A program made the position numbers and the translations under genes. This document shows positions 63,991 to 64,000 of a stretch of 64,000 nucleotides of DNA, one piece after another. Position 1 is the first letter of the stretch; each line of letters starts with the position of its first letter. The stretch covers positions 11,817-75,816 of IMG/VR virus record IMGVR_UViG_2706795919_000001, one strand, 5' to 3'. Source of the stretch: a virus (Duplodnaviria > Caudoviricetes). A model generated the notes under the pieces. That model did not search any database, was not told the origin of the DNA, and saw nothing but the letters and a program-made list of their open reading frames with translations.

Positions 63991-64000
63991 TCGATCAGCC
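63991..64000 (+). other. Right genome end, 10-nt 3' cohesive end TCGATCAGCC
   Basis: Window ends in this 10-mer, matching the overhang recalled for cluster L mycobacteriophages. Confidence 0.75.

Overview
The window is the right-hand 64 kb of a temperate, siphovirus-type mycobacteriophage. It ends in TCGATCAGCC, the 10-nt 3' cohesive end I recall for cluster L phages (cluster assignment is from memory, not from a search). Gene order: C-terminal part of the tape measure, minor tail genes, lysis cassette, leftward lysogeny genes (RlaP-like nucleotidyltransferase, Lsr2), tyrosine integrase, repressor/Cro/excise switch, a long rightward early region (Ro-like TROVE/vWA protein, exonuclease plus Erf, DnaB, three WhiB, PRPP-synthetase-like plus Nampt-like NAD pair, Pnkp, RusA, SSB, RNA ligase, ClpP-like), 11 tRNA genes, and a leftward right arm of repeat-separated expression cassettes (ART-like proteins, MoxR AAA, two vWA-like paralogues). 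The strongest candidate for an undescribed system is an array of three Y-RNA-like units right after the Ro-like gene (30309-30566). All three share one scaffold but carry different cargo: a CAU anticodon-like hairpin, a permuted tRNA elbow and a Ser-GCU anticodon hairpin. Other notable items are an ORF-free structured RNA cluster at 24.07-24.43 kb containing a CCA-ended tRNA-like RNA, a C-rich-loop sRNA at 17.1 kb, three separate dispersed operator families, and an exonuclease that appears to start at ATC. All calls come from manual reading of motifs and base-pairing; no database search or folding program was run.
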